A DNA stretch of 34,138 nt from an uncultured Methanobrevibacter sp. (GTDB taxonomy: Archaea > Methanobacteriota > Methanobacteria > Methanobacteriales > Methanobacteriaceae): the NCBI GenBank assembly GCA_900313645.1, contig OMSA01000005.1:1-34138 (forward strand). Direction: 5' to 3'. Within the stretch, counting starts at the first letter, position 1. Each line of letters begins with the position of its first letter. The position numbers and the translations under genes were made by a program. Positions 9,518 to 19,332 of this stretch are shown here, piece by piece. The notes below the pieces were generated by a model, which did no database searches, was not told the DNA's origin, and worked only from the letters and a program-made list of their open reading frames with translations.

Positions 9518-10441
9518 CTACTGCCTTTTCAATATTGAAAGCTCATCAAATTCATTATTTTTAAAAGCCATCTGGTAGGAATTCTTTCTTTCACTTTCAT
9601 ACATACTGTGGCTAGTGCTGTGAACTGATGACTGAACGTCCTTAAGAGAAATAAGTCTAAATCTTTTTGGATTATTGTAATTTACATTAAATGACAGGCC
9701 GTCATAAGCAGCAATTGTCTTTACACCTGTTCTTTTAGAGATTTTTTTTGCTTCAGTTACAGGGTTGCTTGAAATCATTTTAAGACCCAAATGTGTCATT
9801 ACTGCAACCTGAGGTTTTACTTCTTCAATCAAATCAATGAAATTACGGCTGCACATATGGCCGTTTATTGTGCGATTTCCAGGCCTCAACACACTGGCTA
9901 TCAATATGTCTGCACCTTTGTGATATTCTACCAGTTCATCAAAATAACCTGTATCTGAAGTATATGACAATTTAAATCCGTTGTAGTCTATCTGGAATCC
10001 CACACCGGTAGGATCTCCATGGGATGTTGCAGTACCTTTAATTTCAATATTGTTAAAATTATGACTCTCACCAGGTTTCAATACCATTGTATCAGGTTTT
10101 GACTGGTGATATGATGAAATTGCGGGACCCCATCTTTCAAAACCTTCCAGAACACTTTCACTACCGATTATAGTGCCTAAATTTTTGGTCATACCTCTTG
10201 TCATAGCCTCAATTAATATTTCAGCATCGTTATAGTGGTCGGTGTGTGCGTGTGAGACAAAAACCCCACTTAGATTACGAGGGTCAAATCCGAACTGGTA
10301 TGTTCTTATAAGCGCTCCTGGACCCGGGTCAACATGATAATTCTTGCCTGCAAGGTTATCAATTCTGAACCCTCCAGTCATTCTTCTTTGGCTAATGGCA
10401 GAAAATCGTCCTCCACCACTTCCTAAAAATGTTATCTTCAT
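9518..10441 (-). CDS. Metallo-beta-lactamase-fold hydrolase
   Basis: ITFLGSGGG, VDPGPG, SHAHTDH, YTSDT and TH motifs. Confidence 0.92.
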   Translation of the reverse strand: MKITFLGSGGGRFSAISQRRMTGGFRIDNLAGKNYHVDPGPGALIRTYQFGFDPRNLSGVFVSHAHTDHYNDAEILIEAMTRGMTKNLGTIIGSESVLEGFERWGPAISSYHQSKPDTMVLKPGESHNFNNIEIKGTATSHGDPTGVGFQIDYNGFKLSYTSDTGYFDELVEYHKGADILIASVLRPGNRTINGHMCSRNFIDLIEEVKPQVAVMTHLGLKMISSNPVTEAKKISKRTGVKTIAAYDGLSFNVNYNNPKRFRLISLKDVQSSVHSTSHSMYESERKNSYQMAFKNNEFDELSILKRQ

Positions 10442-10453
10442 TGAAAGTCCCCA

Positions 10454-11374
10454 TTACAATGAGCATAAAATTATATCACATTTAAGAGAGGACTTATCTT
10501 TTTTAAGGCATAAATCCTCATTTTCAATGATAACTTTATCTCCAACTTTTACATTGTCACTTTCTGTAAACATTAAAACGTTTTGACCTGGAGCTGCAAG
10601 CTGTTTCCAGTTTCCGTCAACTGCCTGAGTCTTGCTGTTCAGTTGAACATATAACATGTTTCCGTCAATTGAAGCTACACGACCCACTTCGCCTTTATTA
10701 ATGATTTTTTCAGCCATGTTAACATCAAGCGCCTGTTGAACAAGTTTTTCAGTTAAATCCTGTCTGAATTTAATTAGAACTTTAATGTCATGATCAATAG
10801 TGACATTCAAATGCTTTTGCGCTTCACTTTCATTAAAATTAGGTTGCTGAGTCAACACATCAACATTTTCTCCAACGGTAGGAGTTCTGGATGCAACTTC
10901 CTTAACAATCTCCTGAAAGATTTCTCCCATGTATCTTAAACTTAGGGATGCTTTCCATTTGCGTTTTATTAATGTTTCAGCCAATTGCTTTGCATATTCA
11001 TTACCGAAAATGATGAGTCCGTTTTTTCCGGCCTTTCTTGATTCAGTATCAGAGCCTAATAATTCAATAATTTGATAACCGTTTGTAGTTCCGTAAATAC
11101 GTCTTCTTCTTGTTTCAAATGTTCCTTTTGTACTTACTTCACCACGGATAGTATTACCGATTATTTTAATTTTATTCGCATCATCGGTTAGTTTAATTGA
11201 AATTCCAAGTTCTTTGGCCCTGGATAAAAAAGCCTCATCATCAGTGATGGATCCACCATATAGTTCACTTTCTAATTTGTCTAAATTTTCTTTATCACCA
11301 AAATATCCTATTTTTCTTTTATCACTTGCCATTACACATCCTTTTTTTCCAACATAAGCAATAATTAAGCTCAT
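10454..11374 (-). CDS. DUF2121 Ntn-hydrolase, Connectase-like, with C-terminal OB-like domain
   Basis: N-terminus (M)SLIIAYVGKKGCVMASDKR places Ser1 as the nucleophile; RRRIYGT motif. Confidence 0.85.
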   Translation of the reverse strand: MSLIIAYVGKKGCVMASDKRKIGYFGDKENLDKLESELYGGSITDDEAFLSRAKELGISIKLTDDANKIKIIGNTIRGEVSTKGTFETRRRRIYGTTNGYQIIELLGSDTESRKAGKNGLIIFGNEYAKQLAETLIKRKWKASLSLRYMGEIFQEIVKEVASRTPTVGENVDVLTQQPNFNESEAQKHLNVTIDHDIKVLIKFRQDLTEKLVQQALDVNMAEKIINKGEVGRVASIDGNMLYVQLNSKTQAVDGNWKQLAAPGQNVLMFTESDNVKVGDKVIIENEDLCLKKDKSSLKCDIILCSL

Positions 11375-11672
11375 AATATCTCCTAATTAGATATTTTTAA
11401 ATTATTAAAATATCAATAATTTATTAATTATGTATATTTATAATTATCATACATTATAAAGTTTAATAATGCTTGCAAAAAAAACTTCTTTTAAATTATT
11501 TAAAATACTAAAAACAATTTAAAATACTTTAAACTATTTAAATAAGAATTAAATTGAATATTTTATCAATATATTTAAATAATAATATAACAAAAATATA
11601 ATTATATTAATTGTTAATTATTTATCATTATAATTTAACATGATAATATAAAAAACAACAGGAGAAAAACTT

Positions 11673-13769
11673 ATGAAAGATCTCACTAAGATGTTTAAAC
11701 CTGAATCTGTGGCTGTTATTGGGGCTTCCAATACACCTGGAAAAGTAGGATATATCATTGTTGATAACCTCATCAACGATGGATTTGAAGGCGAAATTTA
11801 CCCAGTAAACCCAAAAGGTGGGGAAATTCTCGGGAAAAAAGCTTACGCAAACATTAAAGATATAGAAGGAAAAGTTGATTTAGTAATTATTACAATTCCT
11901 TCCCCATTTGTAAATACCGCAGTTAAGGAATGTGGTGAAGTCGGTATTGAAAATATGGTTGTTATTACCGCAGGATTTAAAGAAGTGGGCGAAGAAGGAG
12001 CTAAATTAGAAGCTGAATTAACCGCTCTTGGTGAAGAATATGGAATAAACATTATTGGACCAAACAGTTTAGGAATTACTGATTCCCACACTCCATTGAA
12101 CGGTTCATTTTCACAAATGATGCCTCCAACTGGAAACATTGCATTCATCTCCCAAAGTGGAGCAATGATGGTGGCTATTATCGACTGGAGTGTAACTTCA
12201 GGAATTGGATTCAGTAAAGTAATAAGTTTAGGTAACAAGGCGGGAGTAACAGAAATTGAATTGTTACAATACCTGGCTGAAGATGACGAAACCAACGTAA
12301 TAATCTGTTATCTCGAATCAATTTCCGATGATGAAGACTTTGTAAGAACCATGAGAGAAACCGCTGCTAAAAAACCGATTATTATACTTAAATCCGGTTC
12401 AAGTTCTGCAGGGGCTGCAGCTGCATCCTCACACACAGGAGCATTGGCAGGTAGTGACCTTGCATTTGATACAGCATTCCACCAATCAGGAATCATGCGT
12501 GTAGAAACCATGGCAGAGCTCTTTGACTTAGGTCTTGCATTTTCCAAAGCGCCTCTTCCAAAAGGCGATAACGTAGCCATTATTACCAATGCCGGTGGAG
12601 GAGGAGTACTTACCGTAGACGCAATGGAAAAAGCCGGATTAAACCTCGTTCAATTTGATGAAGAAACCACTGCAAAACTAAAAGAATGCGTAACCGATGA
12701 GGGAAGCGCTAAAAACCCTATCGACGTATTGGGAGACGCACCTGTAAGCAGATACAAAGAATCATTAGAACTTGTATTGGGTTATGACGATGTTGACAGT
12801 TTAATCATCATGGTTTGTCCTACAGCATCTGCAGATCCTGACGGAATTGCACAGGCTATACTTGAAGAAAGAAAAGAATTTGACAAACCTATTATTGTTG
12901 TTAATATGGGCGGACCATCATTTGAAGCTGCAAATGAAGCTTTAAGAGCAAATGGCGTGCCTACTTACGTATTCCCTGAAACTGCAGTAACAGCACTTGA
13001 AGCAATGACAAGATATGCTAAACTTGAAGAAAGAGTCTATGATGATGTCATTGAAAAAGTGGATGACGTTGACAAGGATGCTGTAAAAGCAATTTTCGAT
13101 AAAGTGGTTGCTGATGGCAGAGACACATTACTCGGTAGTGAAGCTTACGCAGTAGCTGAAGCTTATGGAATATCTGCTGCACCAATCAAACTGTCCACAA
13201 GTGCTGATGAAGCAGCCCAACTTGCAGAAGAAATGGAATTCCCTGTTGTACTTAAAATCGCATCCGATAAAATTTTACACAAATCCGATATCGGAGGTGT
13301 AAAAGTAGGAATTGAAAATGCTGATGAGGCAAAAGCTGCATACGATGAAATCATCGCCAATGCAAAAGCTGCACATCCGGACATTATTCCTGACGGTGTA
13401 GAAGTGCAAAAAATGATGGATTCCGGTGAAGAAGTTATCGTTGGTATGATTAAAGACAAACAATTCGGACCAATGATTGCATTCGGTATGGGTGGAATAT
13501 ATGTAAACCTCATTGAAGATGTTGCATTCAACCTTGCTAAAGGTATGAGCTCACAAGAAATCGATGAACAAATCGAAAAGACCAAAGTATCCAAATTACT
13601 TGAAGGATACAGAGGAGAAGCTCCTTGTGATATCGAAGAGGTTAAAGAAGCTATCAAAAGAGTAGCTAGATTAACTTTAGACTTCCCAGAAATTACCGAA
13701 TTAGATATTAACCCAATCTTCGTTTACGAAGAAGGTTCATCTGCACTCGATATAAAAATCAAATTATAA
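11673..13769 (+). CDS. ADP-forming acetyl/acyl-CoA synthetase, fused alpha-beta
   Basis: VIGAS CoA-binding domain, IIGPN, SQSGA, SSHTGALAG phospho-His, NPID, ATP-grasp HKSDIGGV and ELDINP. Confidence 0.95.
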   Translation: MKDLTKMFKPESVAVIGASNTPGKVGYIIVDNLINDGFEGEIYPVNPKGGEILGKKAYANIKDIEGKVDLVIITIPSPFVNTAVKECGEVGIENMVVITAGFKEVGEEGAKLEAELTALGEEYGINIIGPNSLGITDSHTPLNGSFSQMMPPTGNIAFISQSGAMMVAIIDWSVTSGIGFSKVISLGNKAGVTEIELLQYLAEDDETNVIICYLESISDDEDFVRTMRETAAKKPIIILKSGSSSAGAAAASSHTGALAGSDLAFDTAFHQSGIMRVETMAELFDLGLAFSKAPLPKGDNVAIITNAGGGGVLTVDAMEKAGLNLVQFDEETTAKLKECVTDEGSAKNPIDVLGDAPVSRYKESLELVLGYDDVDSLIIMVCPTASADPDGIAQAILEERKEFDKPIIVVNMGGPSFEAANEALRANGVPTYVFPETAVTALEAMTRYAKLEERVYDDVIEKVDDVDKDAVKAIFDKVVADGRDTLLGSEAYAVAEAYGISAAPIKLSTSADEAAQLAEEMEFPVVLKIASDKILHKSDIGGVKVGIENADEAKAAYDEIIANAKAAHPDIIPDGVEVQKMMDSGEEVIVGMIKDKQFGPMIAFGMGGIYVNLIEDVAFNLAKGMSSQEIDEQIEKTKVSKLLEGYRGEAPCDIEEVKEAIKRVARLTLDFPEITELDINPIFVYEEGSSALDIKIKL

Positions 13770-13804
13770 TTTCTCATTTGAGAAATTACTCTTTTTTTCT
13801 TTTT
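13767..13804 (+). terminator. Hairpin plus oligo-T terminator
   Basis: TAATTTCTCA-TT-TGAGAAATTA starts at the stop codon and is followed by T runs. Confidence 0.7.
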
Positions 13805-13827
13805 ATTTAAATTCATGAGTTGATACT

Positions 13828-14454
13828 ATGAATTATGATTTATCTAAAGTTGGAATCGAAAAGGATATCCAGTATGAATGCATTACCACAACCATCAATG
13901 AAGATGGCGTGAAAAATGCTGCCGCTTTTGCCTTCAAGTATTTGGGTGAGGACAAGGTATTCTGCAGAATCTTTGAAGGATCAAAAACATTAAAGAACAT
14001 TCAAAATACTAATGAATATGTAGTTAACATTACTCAGAATCCTCTGGTTTTCACATACGCTACATTAGATTGCTTAGGCGATGAATATTATACTGATGAT
14101 GATGACATAGCCATCATTAAAAACACCCCAGCTTACATTATTGTAGATGTTGTAAGCATTGAGAAAATGTCTCCTGATGATTTTCCAATCAAGGGCGATA
14201 AGAATATATTTTTCATAACCGGAAAAATCAGGAAATTCATCATAAACGATGAAAATGTGCAGGCATTTAACAGAGGCCTTTCCGCTTTAATAGAATCACT
14301 CGTTAACTTTTCAAGATATAAAATCGTTGATGAAGAAAAAAGAAAAGAATATATGGACAGAATAATCGAAAATCAACGTGTCATTGATAAAGTCTCTGAT
14401 GAAAAGACAAAAAAGGCTATGGCCTATCTAAAATCAGAGTATGAAAAAAACTAA
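13828..14454 (+). CDS. DUF447-family protein (FMN-binding split-barrel-like)
   Basis: YECITTT..NAA, FEGSKTLKNI, VVNIT and FNR..ALIE.LV..SR pattern. Confidence 0.82.
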   Translation: MNYDLSKVGIEKDIQYECITTTINEDGVKNAAAFAFKYLGEDKVFCRIFEGSKTLKNIQNTNEYVVNITQNPLVFTYATLDCLGDEYYTDDDDIAIIKNTPAYIIVDVVSIEKMSPDDFPIKGDKNIFFITGKIRKFIINDENVQAFNRGLSALIESLVNFSRYKIVDEEKRKEYMDRIIENQRVIDKVSDEKTKKAMAYLKSEYEKN

Positions 14455-14478
14455 TTTTTTAAAAAAAAAAGAAAAGTT

Positions 14479-14502
14479 AAGCATAGTTAAATAACTATGC
14501 TT
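14479..14502 (-). terminator. Hairpin terminator between convergent genes
   Basis: AAGCATAGTTA-AA-TAACTATGCTT overlaps the stop of the binding-protein gene; long T run follows on the minus strand. Confidence 0.65.
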
Positions 14503-15466
14503 CCCAGTATAAAGATTCGTGAGAAACAGTTTGATTTAGGATTCCTAACTCTACTTCTAAAGCTTGGAATGCATCAACATTTGCTTTGTAACCATCATCT
14601 AAACCAGAAATGAATGGGAAACTTTCTAATGAATCTGCTTCTGCATCTGGGTCTGCAACAATATCTGCAGGCAATAGTTTAACTATTTCATCGGTTTTTC
14701 CAGCTTCAATTTGGTCGTTGATGAATTTGGTTGCTTCTTCATGAATTGCGATAATGTCTTTTACAGTATCCGGATGATTATCAATGAAGTTTTGTGATGC
14801 AACAACAACACAGCATGGGTGACCTGGAAGAATTTCAGAGGAATCAACTAATTCATCAATAGAATCATCAGTTTCTCCAAGACTTACGTAAGGTTGGAAA
14901 GTAATAGCTGCAGGTAGATTACCTGTTTTTAAAGCATCATTAATGGATGGAACTTTCATTGCAGACTCATTAACATCAGCTAATGATAAACCATTATTTT
15001 TCAAGTAAGCTGAAAGCAATACATGTTGAATGGAAGCTTCACCAGGAGTTGCTACAGTTTTACCTGCCAAATCAGCAGCGCTTGAAATTCCGGAAGTATT
15101 AGTTACAAGAATTCCGCTTCCTTCAGTTTGAGCTGCAGAAATAACTTTAACCGGTACACCAGCAGAAACTGAGGATAATACTGGAGAAATTCCAACATAA
15201 CCTACATCAACATCACCACTAGCCATAGCAGTCATTAAGTCTCCACCATTGTTAAACTGAACAAGTTCTGTTTTAATACCTTTTTCATCAAATTTTCCTT
15301 GTGCGTCAGCTACAAATAATGCAGCGTCGTGATCAGAAGGTAAATAACCTATCTTTACAGTATCGTCTCCTCCTCCTAAAAAGTCGAAGAACCCTGCACT
15401 AGCAGAACCCATTACTAAAAATGCTGCGAGTGCTAATACTAGAACAAATGTAATTTTTTTATTCAT
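14495..15466 (-). CDS. ABC transporter substrate-binding protein, NitT/TauT (SsuA/THI5-like), paralog 1
   Basis: N-terminal signal peptide; GYLPSDHDAALFVA, FNNGGDLMTAMASG, ATPGEASIQ, HPCC; ATG 15466 with GGTGA RBS. Confidence 0.92.
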   Translation of the reverse strand: MNKKITFVLVLALAAFLVMGSASAGFFDFLGGGDDTVKIGYLPSDHDAALFVADAQGKFDEKGIKTELVQFNNGGDLMTAMASGDVDVGYVGISPVLSSVSAGVPVKVISAAQTEGSGILVTNTSGISSAADLAGKTVATPGEASIQHVLLSAYLKNNGLSLADVNESAMKVPSINDALKTGNLPAAITFQPYVSLGETDDSIDELVDSSEILPGHPCCVVVASQNFIDNHPDTVKDIIAIHEEATKFINDQIEAGKTDEIVKLLPADIVADPDAEADSLESFPFISGLDDGYKANVDAFQALEVELGILNQTVSHESLYWEA

Positions 15467-15557
15467 GATTTTCACCAATAATTTGTTAATTAATCAACTT
15501 AATTACAATAATTATATTTCAACTAGTCTTATATAAATAATTACCTTATAATTAAGT

Positions 15558-15572
15558 TAACAATTGTTATAT
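15558..15572. promoter_or_regulatory. Palindromic operator candidate, copy 1
   Basis: TAACAATTGTTA-TAT upstream of binding protein 1. Confidence 0.7.
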
Positions 15573-15638
15573 TGAATCCCTAAATATAATCTTTACCAAG
15601 ACATATATAAAGTTTTCCAAAAAAATGGTTAAAATAAG

Positions 15639-17033
15639 TTACTTGCCAACTAAAGCTATATTAACATATTTTTCATAGTCTGCACGGTTTATATGGTCCA
15701 AATTTTTTAGATTATTGATGCTGGTCTGCTTGTTGTTTTTAGACAGTATCATATGGGTATTTATATAACCGTCCTTCCTGATTAATTCCAATAATCTCTT
15801 ACCGTATGTCAATTCAGGATTGGCAATTCTTTTAAGCATGAGATTTAGGGTATGCTGCTCATCAATTCCCAGAACTTCACACATTCCAAACATCTCATTG
15901 ATGATTTCAGCAGCCCAGCTTTTAAGAGTGACTTCTTCACCATCCCTTAACAACCTCATAGAATCCACGTAAGCTTTCTCAGCAGTATTCTCCTCATTGA
16001 TATTTGCCTCTTTTTGCCATAACGGATAATCTGACTCATCTTTGAGTAACATATATATCAAAAACATGTGAAGGAATTTCATATCGTGTCTGACAAGACC
16101 GCATTTATAGAATGGATTAATGTCCAAAGTTCTTATTTCAATATATTCAATTCCATCATTTCTTAAGGAATTCAGTAAATCCTTAGGATGTTTCGGTTTT
16201 AGTCTGATTTGGGTGTACAACTCTTTAGCCTCGGATAAATCGCCATTCTCAATGAATTTTTCAATATCTCGAGTAAACGCGTCCACAGATTCATAGGAGG
16301 GATACAATTCCTTTAGATTTTTATATCCGCATGAAGCGTTTCTAAAAGAAGGTCCTCTTGTTGAATAGTAACTTCCATAATTGTCACATTCATCCATCAG
16401 ATGAAGACAATCGTTTGAAAATGTCTTGTGAGATCCTATTGAACAGCCTGTCAGATAGATTATCAGCCAGCAGTATCTAAGGTAATTTCTAGCTATTTTT
16501 AGATAAACATCATTCTTGAATTCCTGAAATGATAACTCAGAACCTTCCAATTCATGCAATTTAACAATGAAATCTTCAGTGAATGAAAAATTAAAATGAA
16601 CTCCTGAAATCATTTGCTTTTTTACACCATATTTCTTGGCCAGATCTTCCCTGTATTTTTGTGAATCCTCTCCTTCTTCAGAATATTGTGCTATTGGAAT
16701 CTGGTCCCAATAAGGCAGAATGCAGGGAATTGACTGAAACCAAAGGTATTCATCTTCAGGAAGTGAAGCATTAACCAAATCGGACAGCAGTGAAAGAGTA
16801 TCGAAAGCCTCATCAATTGTGCCGAGTGCAGGAGTTATAATTTCAATTTGGCTTTCTGAAAAATCGGTTGTAACAACAGGATTTGTGAGTTTATCACCAA
16901 AAATTGCCGGATGAGGTGTCAAAGACAATTCACCATCGCCTTTAGCACGCAAACTCTCCCATTCAATTCCGAATGAACCAGCCAAAATTTCATCAGAAGA
17001 TAATTTATACAAATTTTTAAAATCCATAACCAT
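15639..17033 (-). CDS. gshA: Glutamate-cysteine ligase (GshA / GshF N-domain type)
   Basis: FGIEWESLR, TPHP, TTDFSESQIEIITP, SGVHFNFSF, SFRNASCGY, ELYTQIRLK and EYIEIRTLDINPF. Confidence 0.88.
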   Translation of the reverse strand: MVMDFKNLYKLSSDEILAGSFGIEWESLRAKGDGELSLTPHPAIFGDKLTNPVVTTDFSESQIEIITPALGTIDEAFDTLSLLSDLVNASLPEDEYLWFQSIPCILPYWDQIPIAQYSEEGEDSQKYREDLAKKYGVKKQMISGVHFNFSFTEDFIVKLHELEGSELSFQEFKNDVYLKIARNYLRYCWLIIYLTGCSIGSHKTFSNDCLHLMDECDNYGSYYSTRGPSFRNASCGYKNLKELYPSYESVDAFTRDIEKFIENGDLSEAKELYTQIRLKPKHPKDLLNSLRNDGIEYIEIRTLDINPFYKCGLVRHDMKFLHMFLIYMLLKDESDYPLWQKEANINEENTAEKAYVDSMRLLRDGEEVTLKSWAAEIINEMFGMCEVLGIDEQHTLNLMLKRIANPELTYGKRLLELIRKDGYINTHMILSKNNKQTSINNLKNLDHINRADYEKYVNIALVGK

Positions 17034-17061
17034 CCCAACTTAACAATAAATCTCAATAATT

Positions 17062-18421
17062 TTAAACCTTCACATCCAACTTCCCATAATCCTTAATGAT
17101 TTTTTCAATATTTATTCCTTCCCTAACAGACCTTAGCGCTTCCTTTCCAGGATTTGTATGATTTTTGATACGCTCATATAACGGATTTAGGAATATTTCT
17201 TCGCCTAAACATCTCTCTTCAAGACCAGCCGATGCCAAATCAACAATATCATTAGACAGCCTGCAAATTTCCTTTTGATTAAACTGCTTTGGAATTTCTG
17301 CTTGAATGAGAAGTTTTCTTAACTCTCCTGCAGTATATCCCTTATGATAAATTACATCATCCTCCTCAATCAGCCACTCCAGCTCATCCAATTTATCTTT
17401 AAGACCCAAATGAAATGCTGCAACGCACATTGAATCTTTAATTGGCTGTGTGCAGATACTTCTAAACTCAACAGTACCTCTGAATGTTAAGTTAATAAAT
17501 TTAAATGGCCTTAAATATTTTATATCATCTATAGATTTCCCCGCGAACATAATCCATGGCAAAATAGTCAAGCAGATTCATTGACGGGAAATTGATATAT
17601 GCTCCGTCCCTCATTACACAATACATATTCAATGATTCCAAATATGCCTGCAAATCATTAATATCCTTAAAGTCAACATCATAAACGCCGATATTATGCG
17701 GATTTACGCCATGAGTAGAATATTCCCACAATGCATCTCTAAAACAAACTATATTTTCATTTTCACCAAACAACACTGAATTTGAGAATAACAATGCTTT
17801 AATCGGCTCAATTTTTGAAAATACATTGATTGTTTGAACTAAATCCTCTTTATTTACATCAAGCTGAACCTGTGAAGCTGATGAAAACATTCCATATTCA
17901 GGATAGTTATGAAAATGCATCGGAACATTCTCATAATTCTTAAAAGATTTTAAATGATGATAAAGCATCAGATACCTTTCTGAGGGAATAGGAACATTCC
18001 TATTATATTTTCTATAGGGATTTATTCCCATGCCGGTTAATGTATGATTATATATTTCAAACTCCTCTTTAATAAAAGAGTAATAATCGCAAAACCTGTC
18101 ATTGATTGTAAATAGGTCCATTTCCTTACCCATTGCAAATTCAATGTTATTATATGAACAGTCATAACAGACGATGTCATCATTTTGAGGGTTCTTTAAA
18201 GAGAATATGTTACCTTCATAATCAACGCCCTCATTTCTGAAATCAGAGTGCTGTTTTTGAAATTTATCAGTGATTTTGTGAACAACATCAAAATCCACCG
18301 CTTCCTTATTAAGATTAATGATTGGAATTTCAATTTCAATACCTATAAAATTCTTTTTTTGGTTTGTCGGTTTAATGAATTCCTCATATAGTTTATTTCT
18401 GATCTGGTCGTTGCTAATCAT
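17062..18421 (-). pseudogene. Second glutamate-cysteine-ligase-like (GCS2/EgtA-like) gene, split by a frameshift near 17530
   Basis: 5' ORF has IGIEIE, NNIEF and SQVQLD; 3' ORF in another frame has GTVEFRS; the ORFs overlap at 17525-17571 and join to about 450 aa. Confidence 0.75.
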
Positions 18422-19211
18422 TAGTTTCATCCTGATTTGTTGTCTTTAAAAATTCTTCGATAAGTTTCTCATGAACTTCTGTAAAGATGAACTCGTTGTC
18501 ATGCTCTTCACTTTCAAAGATGATATTTCCGTCGATTAATGCAAATAATTTATTTAATTCAACTGCTTTCCAGTTTTCATCATCATCCAGCGGAGTTGAA
18601 GCTACAAGAAATCCATCTTCATTTTTTAGATAATATAGCGAATCCCTCATGTTTGAATGGATGTAAGTTAAATCGCCATCATAAATCATTAAATTAAGTT
18701 TGTTGTTATAAGATAAGTCTGCAATAATGTCTGTCAGTAAGTTAAAACGTTCCTTAATTGTGGAAGGCGCTCCTTTAGCTTTTTCAAACTCGTTTACCTT
18801 ATCAATGATGAACAGCAATATTCGCTCAGAATCAGTATTTCCCTTCTCCTTTTCCATGTATTTATCAAGTTGAGGATATTGGAAAATGGTTCCGTTGTGA
18901 ATCAGCATCCATGATCTGTTATTGTCATCGGCTTCAATAAACGGATGGCAGTTCGGAGATACGATTTCACCGACTGTTGCCAATCTAATATGAGCAAATA
19001 CGTTTTTTCCAACGACAGGATTGGACAATATATCTTTTAAGTGTTCGCTGCATGATGCTTTTACTGGCTCTTTGTCTACGACAAATTCATCTGACTGCAT
19101 TGTAGCTAATCCCCATCCGTCAGGATGTTCATTTGAGTGATTATAAAAGCATTCAAGACATTGATTTATTTGTTTTGGCTTATTTGAATTAAAACAAAAT
19201 ATTTCACACAT
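18414..19211 (-). CDS. Class II glutamine amidotransferase, EgtC/YafJ/DUG3-like
   Basis: Cys2 Ntn nucleophile (MCEIF), HPDGWG, HIRLATVG, NCHPF, HNG and TDSE; GGAGG RBS. Confidence 0.93.
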   Translation of the reverse strand: MCEIFCFNSNKPKQINQCLECFYNHSNEHPDGWGLATMQSDEFVVDKEPVKASCSEHLKDILSNPVVGKNVFAHIRLATVGEIVSPNCHPFIEADDNNRSWMLIHNGTIFQYPQLDKYMEKEKGNTDSERILLFIIDKVNEFEKAKGAPSTIKERFNLLTDIIADLSYNNKLNLMIYDGDLTYIHSNMRDSLYYLKNEDGFLVASTPLDDDENWKAVELNKLFALIDGNIIFESEEHDNEFIFTEVHEKLIEEFLKTTNQDETND

Positions 19212-19254
19212 TATATACTACCCTCCTTATTTCTTATCACAAAGTTATATTATA

Positions 19255-19270
19255 ATAACATATGTTATAT
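19255..19270. promoter_or_regulatory. Palindromic operator candidate, copy 2
   Basis: ATAACATATGTTAT is a perfect 14-bp palindrome ~12 bp downstream of the minus-strand TTTATATA (19280-19287). Confidence 0.68.
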
Positions 19271-19332
19271 AGATTATAGTATATAAATATTTTTAAGTTA
19301 ACCTAAAAAAAGAAAAAAAGCAGTAGAATTAA

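Noticed and set aside
11375-11672. Extremely AT-rich 300-bp intergenic region as a replication origin
   Set aside because: No ORB-like repeats and no adjacent cdc6; explained as a divergent promoter region
11843-13657. Several minus-strand ORFs of 62-164 aa
   Set aside because: Antisense shadows of the acyl-CoA synthetase caused by codon bias; the same applies to nested ORFs inside aroC, purA, thiF, gltX and others
17062-17571. 169-aa ORF as an independent gene
   Set aside because: No RBS, and its first ~12 residues are out-of-frame sequence; it is the C-terminal part of the split ligase
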